Shown: positions 24,539 through 34,891, numbered from the stretch's first letter. The stretch: 57,315 nucleotides of DNA from Verrucomicrobiales bacterium (GCA_005805505.1 SYMJ01000188.1:1-57315), one strand, 5' to 3'. Numbers and translations: made by a program. The notes: a model not told the origin generated them from the letters alone.

Positions 24539-25339
24539 TTAGTGGATTTTGCGAAGAACCTGATCGGCTCCGAGTTGAACCACGTGGGGATTGCGGTCCT
24601 CCTGAAAGCAAACGGGGATATCGCCGGCCAATTCTGGTTGGGCCAGCAGCCGGCGTCCGTTGCGAGCGCACCGTGCGGCCTCGGGCAGCCGGGGCTGGTG
24701 GCCTCGGTACAAATCCCAGGCAATTTGGGATGAATCGTCGAGAGACCACGCCTGAGGCTCGCTCGTTTCCTTCAGCAGTCGGTCTACGAGGGCTCCAGCT
24801 CCCAGTGTGTCCTCGAATGAGGCGTTCTCTAGGGTGCCGGCACAAATCAACCAGAGGCTTTCGGAGTGCGATTGGACCAGGTGCCGAGCCAACGCCGACA
24901 CGTTGCCGAAGGACGCGATGAAGACAGCCCGAGCCAGGCGGCATGCCTCGAGGGCGCGCGTGCCGTTGGTGGTGGACATGATGATTTCACGGCCTTCCAC
25001 GCGGTTCCGGGTGAATTCGCGCGGTGAATTTCCTAAGTCGAAATCCACCCCTCCGGTTTGGTGGGCGCGGATGCGCAACCCATCCCGCTCGCCGGCCAGC
25101 AACGCATCCGGATGACGCTCGCGCAGGGCAATGGCCTCGGCGATTTCCCGGGCCGGCCGGATGCCTGTAGCCCCGTTACCCAAGGCTTCGAGCATGGTGG
25201 AGGTGGCTCTCAGCACGTCAAAGACGACGCAGGTCACGCTCGAAAGATCCTGGTGGGCGATGGCCTCGTACTCCGTCGGCGAGAAAAGCACCCGCACCGA
25301 GGGAGCGGGTCGGGCGGTGGCTACAGTCGGGTGGCTCAC
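24539..25339 (-). CDS. comB: 2-phosphosulfolactate phosphatase family protein
   Basis: Motifs: VVFDVLRATST, STTNGTRAL, CAGTLENASFEDTLGAGAL. The proposed GTG start at 25337-25339 forms a GTGA overlap with the upstream stop. The listed ORF extends to 25417. Confidence 0.7.
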   Translation of the reverse strand: MSHPTVATARPAPSVRVLFSPTEYEAIAHQDLSSVTCVVFDVLRATSTMLEALGNGATGIRPAREIAEAIALRERHPDALLAGERDGLRIRAHQTGGVDFDLGNSPREFTRNRVEGREIIMSTTNGTRALEACRLARAVFIASFGNVSALARHLVQSHSESLWLICAGTLENASFEDTLGAGALVDRLLKETSEPQAWSLDDSSQIAWDLYRGHQPRLPEAARCARNGRRLLAQPELAGDIPVCFQEDRNPHVVQLGADQVLRKIH

Positions 25340-26640
25340 GGTTTGCCGAAGCAGTGGAGGGCCTTGGCGGTGCGAACAAAGAGGCTCCCGTGACTTAAGG
25401 CGACGCTGCCTTTGCAAGGGGCCTCGCCGGTGAAGGCATGGCTAGAGAGCACCTCGAACGCCTTGCCAGCGCTCAACGCAAACACGGTGCCTGCTTCGTC
25501 ATGGCAATAAAGTTTGCCGTCGGCTGCCGACAGGGAACCCCAAATGGGGCCGTTGCCCGGGATTTTGCCTGACCAGATTTTCTGGCCGTTGGCCGGATCG
25601 AGTTTACTGACAATTCTCTTTTGTCCGTCGAGGACGAACAGGTGCCCATCGAGCACGCAGGGGGTGCTCCAGTCGGTGGGGGCTTCCTTGAAATCCCAGG
25701 CGCGATGGGTGGCGGTTACATCTCCCTTGCCGCCCGGTTTGAACGCCACCACGGGTTGGCCCTTGGGCCCCGAAGCGAGAATGTATCCACCGGCGATCAC
25801 CGGGGAAGTGACGATGCGATACCAGTCATCGCGTTTCTCGTAGAGACGGGCACGCCAGATCTCGGAACCGTCTTTGGGGCGATGCCCGCTGACATGGTCT
25901 CCACCGACGACAATTAACTCGGTTCCGTTCGGCCCTTGGAACGGCACCGGTGTGGCGTAGGATTCACTGCTTTCCTTGGTCGAATCCGTATATCGAAGAG
26001 TTTTCCAGAGGTCTTTACCCGTCTTGGGATCGATGCACAGCAGGAATGAATCCCGCTCAGGCTTGCCGTCGAAGCGGGGGTAGTCGGGCGGAACTTCACG
26101 GCGCTGCAGGATTGCCAAGTAGAGGCGGCCATCGTGCAACAGCGGGCTGGCTCCGTAGATCCACATGAGACCCAGGCTCCCGAAGTCTTTGCTAAGATTG
26201 CGCGACCAAAGGGGCTTTCCATCGAGATCGAAGGCCGCGAAGTCGCCCGTGCCGAACAGCGCATAAACCCGTTTGCCATCGGTAATGGGAGAGGGGGCAC
26301 AGGTATTGTTGCGGCCCACTTCCTTGTCGCCCAGGCCGACATTTCGGCTCCAGAGAGCTTTGCCCGAGGTTCGATCCAGACAAAGGAGTTGCAGGTTCTT
26401 CTGCTCGTCGGGCGAGGTGAGAAAAACCCGATGGCCGCTGACCACAGGAGTGGAACCGGCCTTCCCCGGCAAGGGAGTGCTCCATTGCAAATTGGCCGGG
26501 CTAAGTGTGCTCGGTAAGCCACTCATGCGGATCGAGCCATCCTGGTTGGGGCCTCGCCACTGGGGCCAGTCCGCCGTCGAGGCCGCCGACAGGCATAGGG
26601 TGAGAGTGGAAGAAAGGACGAGAAGAGACCGGAGGTTCAT
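25336..26640 (-). CDS. PQQ-like beta-propeller repeat protein, secreted
   Basis: A signal peptide is followed by ADWPQWRGPNQDGS. Repeated propeller blades follow (G..Y.....G...A.D..TGK..W). Confidence 0.8.
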   Translation of the reverse strand: MNLRSLLVLSSTLTLCLSAASTADWPQWRGPNQDGSIRMSGLPSTLSPANLQWSTPLPGKAGSTPVVSGHRVFLTSPDEQKNLQLLCLDRTSGKALWSRNVGLGDKEVGRNNTCAPSPITDGKRVYALFGTGDFAAFDLDGKPLWSRNLSKDFGSLGLMWIYGASPLLHDGRLYLAILQRREVPPDYPRFDGKPERDSFLLCIDPKTGKDLWKTLRYTDSTKESSESYATPVPFQGPNGTELIVVGGDHVSGHRPKDGSEIWRARLYEKRDDWYRIVTSPVIAGGYILASGPKGQPVVAFKPGGKGDVTATHRAWDFKEAPTDWSTPCVLDGHLFVLDGQKRIVSKLDPANGQKIWSGKIPGNGPIWGSLSAADGKLYCHDEAGTVFALSAGKAFEVLSSHAFTGEAPCKGSVALSHGSLFVRTAKALHCFGKP

Positions 26641-26695
26641 GGCTTCAACGAGGTGCTGGTGGAGATCATCGGTTTCAAGAGCGTGGATGGCTGTC

Positions 26696-27430
26696 TCAAA
26701 GATGACGAATGTGAGCCTTGTACTTCTTCAACAAACGATCGTTGTGGTCGTCTCCCTGCGTGTTGCTGCTGATGTAAATCTCCGGTTCCACGCTACGCCG
26801 GACCAACTGTTCAATCGCATGAACCACGATGAGGTTGATGATGAGGATGCCGGTGATCGTCGAGGGCGGTCCGATGCGGTGAGGGAAGCCTTCGATGCCC
26901 ATGGCGGCATCGCCATCGACCCCGCAATTGTCGATCACCAAGTCCGCGACGTCGGCCAGGCGTTTTCCGGACGGATGCCGTGAGGGCCAGCGGCGGGTTT
27001 GATCCAAATTGGTGATGGCCACGGTCTTCAAACCGCGGGACTGGGCTTCCAGCACCATTTCGATCGGAACCGCATTACGCCCTCCGTTGGAGGCCACGAC
27101 CAGCAAATCGCCGGGGGCGACGGGGTATTGATCTAGGATCGTCTTGGCTCGCCCCTGCTCCCTCTCCAGATAGGTCGCCTCGGTGGCGTTGAGGTGCATC
27201 ATGAGGGTTTCCTCCAGGATCGGAACAGCCCTGGCCAAATGGCCGGCGCGGTAAAAGATTTCCTCCGCGACCATGTGAGAATGACCCGTGCCAAAGGCGT
27301 ACAAAAAACCATTGGTAGCGAGCGAGTCCGCCAGCCAGTCACCGGCGGTCGTGATGGGCGACCGTTGAGTATCTGCGACACGGTCGAACTGGTTGCGGGC
27401 GACGGAGACGAATTGATCGTAAGCGGACAT
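26696..27430 (-). CDS. SIS (sugar isomerase) domain protein, UPF0309-like
   Basis: Motifs: FGTGHSHMVAEE and LLVVASNGGRNAVPIEMVLEAQSRGLKTVAIT. The ATG is at 27428-27430. The listed ORF is over-extended. Confidence 0.7.
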   Translation of the reverse strand: MSAYDQFVSVARNQFDRVADTQRSPITTAGDWLADSLATNGFLYAFGTGHSHMVAEEIFYRAGHLARAVPILEETLMMHLNATEATYLEREQGRAKTILDQYPVAPGDLLVVASNGGRNAVPIEMVLEAQSRGLKTVAITNLDQTRRWPSRHPSGKRLADVADLVIDNCGVDGDAAMGIEGFPHRIGPPSTITGILIINLIVVHAIEQLVRRSVEPEIYISSNTQGDDHNDRLLKKYKAHIRHL

Positions 27431-27610
27431 CTTCTGCTGTTGAACGCCTTTGGCCGGGGCGGGGCAATGCAAAATTCTAACCAGTTGGAATGAGTGTCTA
27501 AAACTGTCGCCAAAACCGGCTTCCAAGTCTCCCAAATGAGGTTCGGATTCGGATCCGATGCACGATGTCTGCCCGATGCGGAGTTTGACCCCTGTCAATG
27601 TGCACCCATA

Positions 27611-28657
27611 ATGTTGAAAACGATGTTGGTCGCACTTGAAACGCAGTCTGGGATTCCCGAGGCAATTTCCGTTGCCGATTGGGAGCCTGTGATCGCCCCA
27701 GCTCGGGAATTTCTGAGTCGGGTATCGGCCCTGATGGAGGCTCAGGTCGACGAGTTCGATTCGGAGATCGCCGTGTACGCCCGCTACGCGTTGGAAAACC
27801 AAGGCAAGCAATTGCGGCCAACCCTCGTAGCCTTGGCGGGCGGAACCGTGGGTTCACTCACCGACGATTCGGTGGCCGTGGCCGTGATCATCGAAATGAT
27901 CCATTTGGCCACCTTGGTCCACGACGACATCATGGACGAGGCGAGTATACGTCGTCGCAAAGCGACCCTTGCCGCCAAGTGGGGCAATCAGGTCGCAGTT
28001 CTCTTGGGGGATTGTTTATTTGCTCATGCACTCAAACTGGCGGCCGGACTCCCCAGCGCCGAGGTATCGCGACTGGTAGCTTCCTCCAGTGGTCGAGTGT
28101 GCGCGGGCGAAATTCTTCAAAGCCATCGTCGTCGCCGCTGGGCGGTCGAGCGCTCGGATTACTTCAAGGTGATCGAAATGAAGACGGCCGAATTGTTCGC
28201 GCTGTCTTGCGATCTTGGGGCTCGTCTCTCCGGGGGGACCCCCGAAGAAATCGCCGCACTGCGAAGCTACGGAATGTCTTTGGGAACCGCTTACCAAATC
28301 TACGACGACTGCCTCGATCTCTACGGCGCTGAATCCGCCGCCGGCAAATCCCTGGGCACCGACCTCGCCAGCGGCAAGGTGACCCTTCCGCTCATCATGG
28401 GTCTGGATCATGCCAAGCCCGAAGAACGCGAAGCCTTGATCGGATGGTTGGAGGATTGGCGTCCTGAATATTTTCCGCAGGTGCGAGACCTTCTGGAACA
28501 GCATCAAGCCTTGGAGCGATCCCGGGAAGTAATCGGAAAGTTTTTGAACGATTCAGATGCTGCGTTGTCGACTCTCAAGTCCGGACCGCAGGTCGAAGCT
28601 TTGTATGCGCTCAGCCGTTTTCTGGCGCGACAAACCGACTTGCTCGCCGGCTCTTGA
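27611..28657 (+). CDS. Polyprenyl diphosphate synthase (IspB-like)
   Basis: Motifs: GKQLRPTLV, first DDxxD (LVHDDIMDE), second DDxxD (IYDDCLD). Confidence 0.9.
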   Translation: MLKTMLVALETQSGIPEAISVADWEPVIAPAREFLSRVSALMEAQVDEFDSEIAVYARYALENQGKQLRPTLVALAGGTVGSLTDDSVAVAVIIEMIHLATLVHDDIMDEASIRRRKATLAAKWGNQVAVLLGDCLFAHALKLAAGLPSAEVSRLVASSSGRVCAGEILQSHRRRRWAVERSDYFKVIEMKTAELFALSCDLGARLSGGTPEEIAALRSYGMSLGTAYQIYDDCLDLYGAESAAGKSLGTDLASGKVTLPLIMGLDHAKPEEREALIGWLEDWRPEYFPQVRDLLEQHQALERSREVIGKFLNDSDAALSTLKSGPQVEALYALSRFLARQTDLLAGS

Positions 28658-28660
28658 GCC

Positions 28661-29326
28661 GTGAGTGTCGCAGTATTGATGGATCCAATCGCCGAGTCGA
28701 CCGAGTCGACCGAGTCGACCGTATTGGCCCGACCTGCCCCAAATGCCGAAGAGGCGTCCGAGGTGGGGCCTTGTGTTCGTCGCGCTCAGGCAGGTGATCT
28801 CGCGGCCTACGACCAACTGGTTCATCAGTTCCAAGAGCGGATCTACGGGCTTTGTTACCACATGACCTCCCATCATGAGGACGCAAATGATCTGGCTCAG
28901 GACACGTTCGTGAAGGCGTGGCAGGCCCTCAAGAGTTTCAAGGGCAACTCCAGTTTCTATACCTGGATCTACCGGATAGCGGTCAACACCTGCCTCAACC
29001 ACCTCAAGCTCCGCCGGAATCGCACCACCCATCTCAGTCTCAATGATTTGGATCTCCAGCCCGAGAACCATCCCGACTTGGTGGCCCTGGTCTCGGACAA
29101 GACTCCTCGGCGTGAAGCCAATCTTGCAGAACTTCAGCGTCGGTTGAACGAAGCCATCCTTAAGCTGTCAGACGACCATCGATCCGTGGTGACACTGCAC
29201 GATATCCAAGGGTTGCCCCACGATCAGATCGCCAAGATTCTCGGGGTGAACCCTGGCACGGTTCGTTCGAGGCTTTTCTATGCTCACCAACAGCTCCAAG
29301 GGTGGCTGGCGGATTGGGTGCAATAA
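28661..29326 (+). CDS. ECF-type RNA polymerase sigma-70 factor
   Basis: Region 2 is DLAQDTFVKAW...FYTWIYRIAVNTCLN. Region 4 is LSDDHRSVVTLHDIQGLPHDQIAKILGVNPGTVRSRL. The gene starts 3 nt after the upstream stop. Confidence 0.9.
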   Translation: MSVAVLMDPIAESTESTESTVLARPAPNAEEASEVGPCVRRAQAGDLAAYDQLVHQFQERIYGLCYHMTSHHEDANDLAQDTFVKAWQALKSFKGNSSFYTWIYRIAVNTCLNHLKLRRNRTTHLSLNDLDLQPENHPDLVALVSDKTPRREANLAELQRRLNEAILKLSDDHRSVVTLHDIQGLPHDQIAKILGVNPGTVRSRLFYAHQQLQGWLADWVQ

Positions 29327-29352
29327 TTCATTTTTCAAGTGTAACGCAGGCT

Positions 29353-29958
29353 ATGATCGACGACGAATCCTCCAAAAGACTGCAACAGTTGCTCCGTTTG
29401 AAGCGTCACGAGACTCCGCCTCCGGGTTATTTTAACGAGTTCTCGGACAAGGTGTTGGATCGTATCCGTGCCCTCGAATCTGAACGAGCCATCCCCAAAT
29501 GGCGTCGCTGGTTTTCTCGCGGATCGCAATCCTCCCATGGCCCGATCTCGGAATCCGGTCTCTGGTCTGTGTGGGGTTGGAATACCGCCATCGGTTTGTC
29601 GATGTTGGTAGCTACGGTGGGCGGGCTCTACTGGGCTTCCCGTCTGACGGATCCAGAGGGCATGTCCGGCAATCCACCGCTACAGGCCGCCAGCTTGGGC
29701 AATCCATCAGCGGTTGCGCCAGCGGCTTTCACAGTGGGAACAGGACTAGCGGTGGGAACAGGGCTAGCGGCCAGATCGATGTTCGAATTAGCTGAACCCC
29801 GAAGCGTTCAATTTCACCCCGTGACGGTTTCGATCTCTGGTTCTTCTCCCGAATTGTCGTCAACCAATCCCTTGCCTTCGGGCTTGTTCCAGTTGCCGGG
29901 GGCCTCAGGGGGTGGTTCCGAGGCTTATCGGGTTCGTTTCGGTAACAGTCCTCGATAG
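29353..29958 (+). CDS. Hypothetical single-pass membrane protein, positional candidate anti-sigma factor
   Basis: It lies immediately downstream of the ECF sigma gene. A TM segment is WNTAIGLSMLVATVGGLYWA. I recognised no zinc-finger anti-sigma motif. Confidence 0.4.
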   Translation: MIDDESSKRLQQLLRLKRHETPPPGYFNEFSDKVLDRIRALESERAIPKWRRWFSRGSQSSHGPISESGLWSVWGWNTAIGLSMLVATVGGLYWASRLTDPEGMSGNPPLQAASLGNPSAVAPAAFTVGTGLAVGTGLAARSMFELAEPRSVQFHPVTVSISGSSPELSSTNPLPSGLFQLPGASGGGSEAYRVRFGNSPR

Positions 29959-30080
29959 TCGTCGTTGGCTTTCAGGAAGGCCTGCGGTGCAGTGGCCGGC
30001 TGGCGTCTCTTGAAACACCGTTGCGACCGAAGATTTGCGCAGGAGTGGGCGGGAGTTTTCTGGCCCCCTGTTTGTCTTCG

Positions 30081-30120
30081 AAAAAAACCAAAGGGCCGCC
30101 TGCGATCTCACAGACGGCCC
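30081..30120 (-). terminator. Rho-independent terminator of the cvpA-like gene
   Basis: The minus strand reads gggccg-N16-cggccc followed by tttggttttttt. Confidence 0.6.
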
Positions 30121-30158
30121 GTGGATAAAGTCCCGAATTCGGCGACTCGAGCCGTCGA

Positions 30159-31544
30159 TTAGCTCGTGCGGACGAAGAAGACGGTGAACTTCTGGTTTCC
30201 GCTGCCGAAGGTCCAAGTCAGGCGCCCCGTTTCATTGACTAATGCGTCGAGCGATTGCTTGGAACCTTGAAGTTCTGTCCCCAGCACATAACGCCCATCG
30301 GTCCGCGCCCAACTGCCGTCGAAGGACTTCAGTCCCTGGATGAAGTCGATGCCGGGTGGCAGCTTGGCCGCCTTGGCCGCTTTGGGTTGGGTTGCCTGAG
30401 CCGCCGGGGTTCCGGCCGACGAGGGGCGCAGACCATATCGGGCCATGTAGGCGTTTTGGGTGGCGGTCGGGTTGGGAGCGGCCGGATCGCCGCCTTCAGG
30501 GTTGGCCGCAGCCACCGGGGCGGCCGGAGGGGCGATCTTGATGGAGAAGCGGCCGTCCGTATAAGCCACCAGCGTCGCTCCCGAAAGAATTGGGCCCAAA
30601 GCCGCGCGAATGCTCCGCATCTCCGCGGGGCTCAAGTTGAGGCGTTCGCGCTTGAGTTGGGTGAAGACGGTGCCCGGATCCATCCGCCAACGGCCAAGAA
30701 TTTTCTCGTCTTCATAGCGGGGCGAAATCCCAGTTTCGAGGTACTTGCGGAAGTCCTTGAGGTCCACCTTGGCGAAGATTTCCCGAAGGCTGGGGCTGAA
30801 CATCACGGCGGCCGCCTTCGGGTGGTTGAGCATGGCGGTCAAGGCGGGCTTGCTTTGGATCTGCTTGAGGAATTCGGCGTCAGAACCAATTTCTGCAAAT
30901 TCTTGTTGGGCGCCGAGGGCCAGGAAAGGGGGGTAGTTTTCAGCGCGGCCCTGAACGAGCGGGTTAGCGTGCAGGATCCCGAGAATGTCCGAGACTTCGT
31001 AGTACTTGGCTGGGGAATTGTCCATCGCAGCAAAGGTGCGGGCCCAACCGGTGGATTCCATTTCGCTGCGCAACTGGGCGATGTAGCGCACCGGGGTGGC
31101 CTCGCCCGTGTCGCTGGTGACTTGGGTGATCAGGTAGCCTTGTCGGTAGACGAAGTTCCCCACGCTAAAGAAAATGCAGATGCCGGAGATGAGTCCCACG
31201 AAGAGTCCGATGGCTTGGTTCATCCGTTCGAAGGCAGCCCGCGTCTGCTCATCGGTGCGGTACTTGAAGAACAGTTCAACGGGACGATGGGCCGCGACTC
31301 CGATCACCAAGAAGATGATGGTCAAGAGGCTGAAGACAATCACCCCGGGCAGGAGTGTGAGGTCGATGAAGTCCTTGACTCCCATTAAGGCGAGGCCGGC
31401 GCCCACCAGTCCACTAACAACGCCTGCCAGCATCAAGGCCAGCGCAGCGCCAATGAAGCCGATGCCCCAACGAATGGCGCCGGCCTGATGGCCCAACAGG
31501 CCAAATCCGCCCACTAAAGCGATTGCTACGACCCAGATAAGCAT
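30159..31544 (-). CDS. CvpA-family-like integral membrane protein with large C-terminal extension
   Basis: There are four N-terminal TM helices resembling CvpA (MLIWVVAIALVGGFGLLG...). The remainder is soluble. Confidence 0.45.
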   Translation of the reverse strand: MLIWVVAIALVGGFGLLGHQAGAIRWGIGFIGAALALMLAGVVSGLVGAGLALMGVKDFIDLTLLPGVIVFSLLTIIFLVIGVAAHRPVELFFKYRTDEQTRAAFERMNQAIGLFVGLISGICIFFSVGNFVYRQGYLITQVTSDTGEATPVRYIAQLRSEMESTGWARTFAAMDNSPAKYYEVSDILGILHANPLVQGRAENYPPFLALGAQQEFAEIGSDAEFLKQIQSKPALTAMLNHPKAAAVMFSPSLREIFAKVDLKDFRKYLETGISPRYEDEKILGRWRMDPGTVFTQLKRERLNLSPAEMRSIRAALGPILSGATLVAYTDGRFSIKIAPPAAPVAAANPEGGDPAAPNPTATQNAYMARYGLRPSSAGTPAAQATQPKAAKAAKLPPGIDFIQGLKSFDGSWARTDGRYVLGTELQGSKQSLDALVNETGRLTWTFGSGNQKFTVFFVRTS

Positions 31545-31641
31545 GATGTTAGGCTAGAAAGTTCTGTGCCAACGCGCACGCTGAAAATCCAGTTCCTGCA
31601 AGTCTTGCGAAACAGGGAGTTGGTTTCCATGGTTTGTGGGA

Positions 31642-33378
31642 ATGAGTCTTTTGCCCTTTGGAGAATTGCCGCCCTATCGCCCTCGACGCTTTGTGCCGGC
31701 AATCTTGGCTTTGGGAGATTGGGAGGCTGTGGCTCCATTGTTTGATCAACTCGAGGCCCGAGCGGCCGGTTGCACCACAGTGGTCGAGTTGGAGCGATGG
31801 CTGCTAGATGCCGGTGAATTAGCCGCTGCTCTCGATGAAGAACGGGCCCGTCGGTACATCGCCAAGACCTGCCACACCGACAATGCCGAGGCTGAGAAGG
31901 CCTACTTGCATTTCGTGGAGGTGATGGATCCGGCGCTCAAGCCGCGGCAGTTTGCTATGGCCGAGTTGTTCCTGAAGCACCCGCTTCGGTCTCAGTTGCC
32001 TCGGGCAAAGTATGAGGTCTTTGATCGGGCGACGGCCCTTCAGTCCGAATTGTACCGTCCGCAAAATATCCCCCTGGAGACCGAAGACGCCAAGGTGGGC
32101 AACGAATACAACAAGCTCAGCGGCAGCCTGACGGTAGAATTTCGGGGCGAGGAGAAAACGCTCGTGGCCATGGGTCGCTTCCAGGAAGACCCCGATCGAG
32201 CCGTGCGTGAAGAGGCCTGGAAATCGGTGGCCGGTCGCCGAGTCCAGGAGGCCGATCGTTTTGATGCGTTCCTGGATGAATTGATCCGCATCCGTCACCA
32301 GATCGCCCTCAATGCCGGGTTCCCGGACTACGTGGCTTATGCCTACCGGATGCGGGGACGCTTCGACTACGGGCCGGAGGATTGCCTCAAGTTTCACGAC
32401 GCCATTGAAACCGAGGTCATGCCGATCTTTCGGCGGTTGCAATCGGAGCGCTGCCACAAGCTCGGGGTGGAGCGCTTGCGTCCGTGGGACACGCAAGTGG
32501 ATCCCTTGAACCGTCCGCCGCTGAAGCCTTTTTCCACCTCGGCGGAGATGGAGACCGGGGTTCAGACGGTGTTCGACCGCATGAACCCTGAGTTGGCGGC
32601 CGGATTCCGTGGGATGCGGGAAAAGCGCTTGCTCGATTTGGACAACCGCAAAGGCAAGGCCCCGGGTGGCTACCAATACACGCTGAGCGAGGCGCGTTTG
32701 CCCTTTATTTTCATGAACTCAGTCGGCCTTCAGCGCGATCTGGAGACCATGCTCCATGAGGCCGGGCATGCCTTTCATGCACTGGCCTGTCGGGAGCAGG
32801 ATTTGCCGCTCTATCGCGAGGCACCCATCGAGTTTTGCGAGGTGGCTTCCATGGCCATGGAACTCCTCGGAGCGGAACATCTGGAGGTATTCTACAGTCC
32901 GACGGACGCGCTGCGGGCACGGACGGTCCACTTGGAAGGGGTGATTGGCGTGTTCCCATGGATCGCCACCATCGATGCGTTCCAGCACTGGCTTTATTCC
33001 CATCCCAACCACAGCCGTGACGAACGTCGGGCTGCCTGGTTGGCACTCATGGACCGGTTTGGGGGCGACGTCGACTGGTCTGGGTGCGAATCGGCTCGGG
33101 CCACCCTCTGGCACAAGCAACTCCACGTCTTCCTGTACCCCTTCTACTACGTCGAGTACGGCATCGCCCAATTGGGTGCGTTGCAAGTTTGGGTCAATGC
33201 CCAGCAGGATCCGGTGAAGGCTCTGGCCGATTATCAGGCGGGATTGGCTCTCGGTAGTAGTCGCCCATTGCCGGAACTCTTTGCCAAGGCCGGTTGCCGC
33301 TTTGACTTCGGCCGCGAAACGGTTCGACCGCTCGTGGCCCGGGTTTCGGAAGCCTTGGATCGACTGGCGGCCCGTTGA
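31642..33378 (+). CDS. M3 family oligoendopeptidase (PepF-like)
   Basis: The zinc motif is HEAGHAFH. The length and overall layout are typical of the M3B family. Confidence 0.85.
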   Translation: MSLLPFGELPPYRPRRFVPAILALGDWEAVAPLFDQLEARAAGCTTVVELERWLLDAGELAAALDEERARRYIAKTCHTDNAEAEKAYLHFVEVMDPALKPRQFAMAELFLKHPLRSQLPRAKYEVFDRATALQSELYRPQNIPLETEDAKVGNEYNKLSGSLTVEFRGEEKTLVAMGRFQEDPDRAVREEAWKSVAGRRVQEADRFDAFLDELIRIRHQIALNAGFPDYVAYAYRMRGRFDYGPEDCLKFHDAIETEVMPIFRRLQSERCHKLGVERLRPWDTQVDPLNRPPLKPFSTSAEMETGVQTVFDRMNPELAAGFRGMREKRLLDLDNRKGKAPGGYQYTLSEARLPFIFMNSVGLQRDLETMLHEAGHAFHALACREQDLPLYREAPIEFCEVASMAMELLGAEHLEVFYSPTDALRARTVHLEGVIGVFPWIATIDAFQHWLYSHPNHSRDERRAAWLALMDRFGGDVDWSGCESARATLWHKQLHVFLYPFYYVEYGIAQLGALQVWVNAQQDPVKALADYQAGLALGSSRPLPELFAKAGCRFDFGRETVRPLVARVSEALDRLAAR

Positions 33379-33402
33379 TCGATCGCTCAAAAGGCGGCTT
33401 CT

Positions 33403-34572
33403 TCAGTACGCCTCGGCGAGGATTTGGCTCAGCACCTCATCGGGCAGGCCGATGGGGTTGCCCTTCATGCTGCTGGAGGCTTGGGCGGCCCGGACCAGTT
33501 CGGGAAAATCCGAGACGCGGAGTCCATACTGGGCCAGTCGAGGGATTTGCCATCCGTGCACCGATTCGGTGATCCAGTGCATTCCCTCGTCGATCGAGGC
33601 CCCCGGGATGCCTGTCAGCCAATGGGCGGCCTGTCGGTAGCGTTCGAGGGCGAAATGTCCGGGCGTCGTTCGGGACAAGGTTTCGACATTGGCCCGCCAG
33701 ACGGGGCCCAACAGCGCGGCACAAATCGCGCCATGGGGTGCCAGAAAGCGCCCGCCGATGGGGCCGGCCAGCCCGTGGACTGCGCCCAGTCCGGAATGAG
33801 CCAGCGCCAACCCGCTGAGGAAGGCTCCGTAGGCCAGGTCGGTGCGGGCTTCGAGGTTCTGGCCATCGGTAATGGCCTGGTCCAACGCACGCACCATCCG
33901 GGGGATTCCCTCGCGGCAGCAGGCGTCGGTCATGCCGTTGGCCTTGCAACTCACCCAGGGCTCCAGCAGTTGGGTGAGTGCATCGAGACCCGTGCTGGCC
34001 GTGAGACCGGGTGGAAGCCCGAGGGACAGGCTGGGGTCGATTAGGGCGATCCGGGGCACCATGTTTGGGCTCCGCAAACTGACCTTCAACGCGTGCTCGG
34101 GTGAGGTCAGGACCGCGTTCCGCGTGGCCTCGGCTCCGGTCCCGGCGGTGGTCGGCATCGCCAGGAAGGGCAGGGGCTGGTTTTCGAGCGGAAGCCCGAG
34201 CCCGATGATCTCCAAAAATCGGAACACATCGCCCGTTTGAGGGGTCAGCGCCGAGATGGCCTTACCGGCATCGAGAACCGATCCGCCGCCGCAAGCCACC
34301 ACACAGTCGACACCGAGGCTTCGGGCTGCTTCGGTCCCGGCCCGCACCTCGGACACCGTGGGTTCGCCCGCCACCGCCCATTCGACCCAGTTCAACCCGG
34401 CTGATCGAAAAGACTCCCGCACGGGTTCCGCTCGGCGCAAGTCGCGGCCGGTGACCAGCATCGCTGAGTTGCCCAACGAGGCGGTCAGCGTCCCGGCCTG
34501 AGTGACCCTCCCGGGGCCGAAGACGATGCGCTCCGGTGGGGCAAATTCGAAGGCGCTGGCCGGAGAGGGCAT
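33403..34572 (-). CDS. Iron-containing alcohol dehydrogenase
   Basis: Motifs: VVACGGGSVLDAGKAI, TTAGTGAE, and His-rich metal-site segments. Confidence 0.85.
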   Translation of the reverse strand: MPSPASAFEFAPPERIVFGPGRVTQAGTLTASLGNSAMLVTGRDLRRAEPVRESFRSAGLNWVEWAVAGEPTVSEVRAGTEAARSLGVDCVVACGGGSVLDAGKAISALTPQTGDVFRFLEIIGLGLPLENQPLPFLAMPTTAGTGAEATRNAVLTSPEHALKVSLRSPNMVPRIALIDPSLSLGLPPGLTASTGLDALTQLLEPWVSCKANGMTDACCREGIPRMVRALDQAITDGQNLEARTDLAYGAFLSGLALAHSGLGAVHGLAGPIGGRFLAPHGAICAALLGPVWRANVETLSRTTPGHFALERYRQAAHWLTGIPGASIDEGMHWITESVHGWQIPRLAQYGLRVSDFPELVRAAQASSSMKGNPIGLPDEVLSQILAEAY

Positions 34573-34868
34573 TAGTCCGGAAGGTGAATGGACTGGTAGC
34601 GCACGCTCTGTCGAGGCGTGGCCATCATGGGAGCCACCGTATCGCGCCAGGTGGCGTAGTGCGGGGTGGCTTTGTGATCGGCGGGGGCCGATTCGGTGCG
34701 GTAGGCCTCCACGAGCACGAACCGACAGGGATCGTCCTGCTGTTGCACCACGTCGAAGCGGGCCACTCCCGGTTCCTGCAGTGAGGCTTCGGCATTGGCG
34801 CGCGTGGCGGCAATGAAGTCGGCCACCGATTCAGGTTTCACCTCGACGAACACATGGACAACGAGCAT
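34572..34868 (-). CDS. Antibiotic-biosynthesis-monooxygenase (ABM) fold protein
   Basis: It is 98 aa: [13 protein letters not shown]...F...EPG...F...Q...P..F.L.E.Y...A...H..T.H. Its TAA overlaps the ATG of the downstream ADH (TAATG). Confidence 0.7.
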   Translation of the reverse strand: MLVVHVFVEVKPESVADFIAATRANAEASLQEPGVARFDVVQQQDDPCRFVLVEAYRTESAPADHKATPHYATWRDTVAPMMATPRQSVRYQSIHLPD

Positions 34869-34891
34869 GGGCTTTAATTCCGGGGTGGTAA

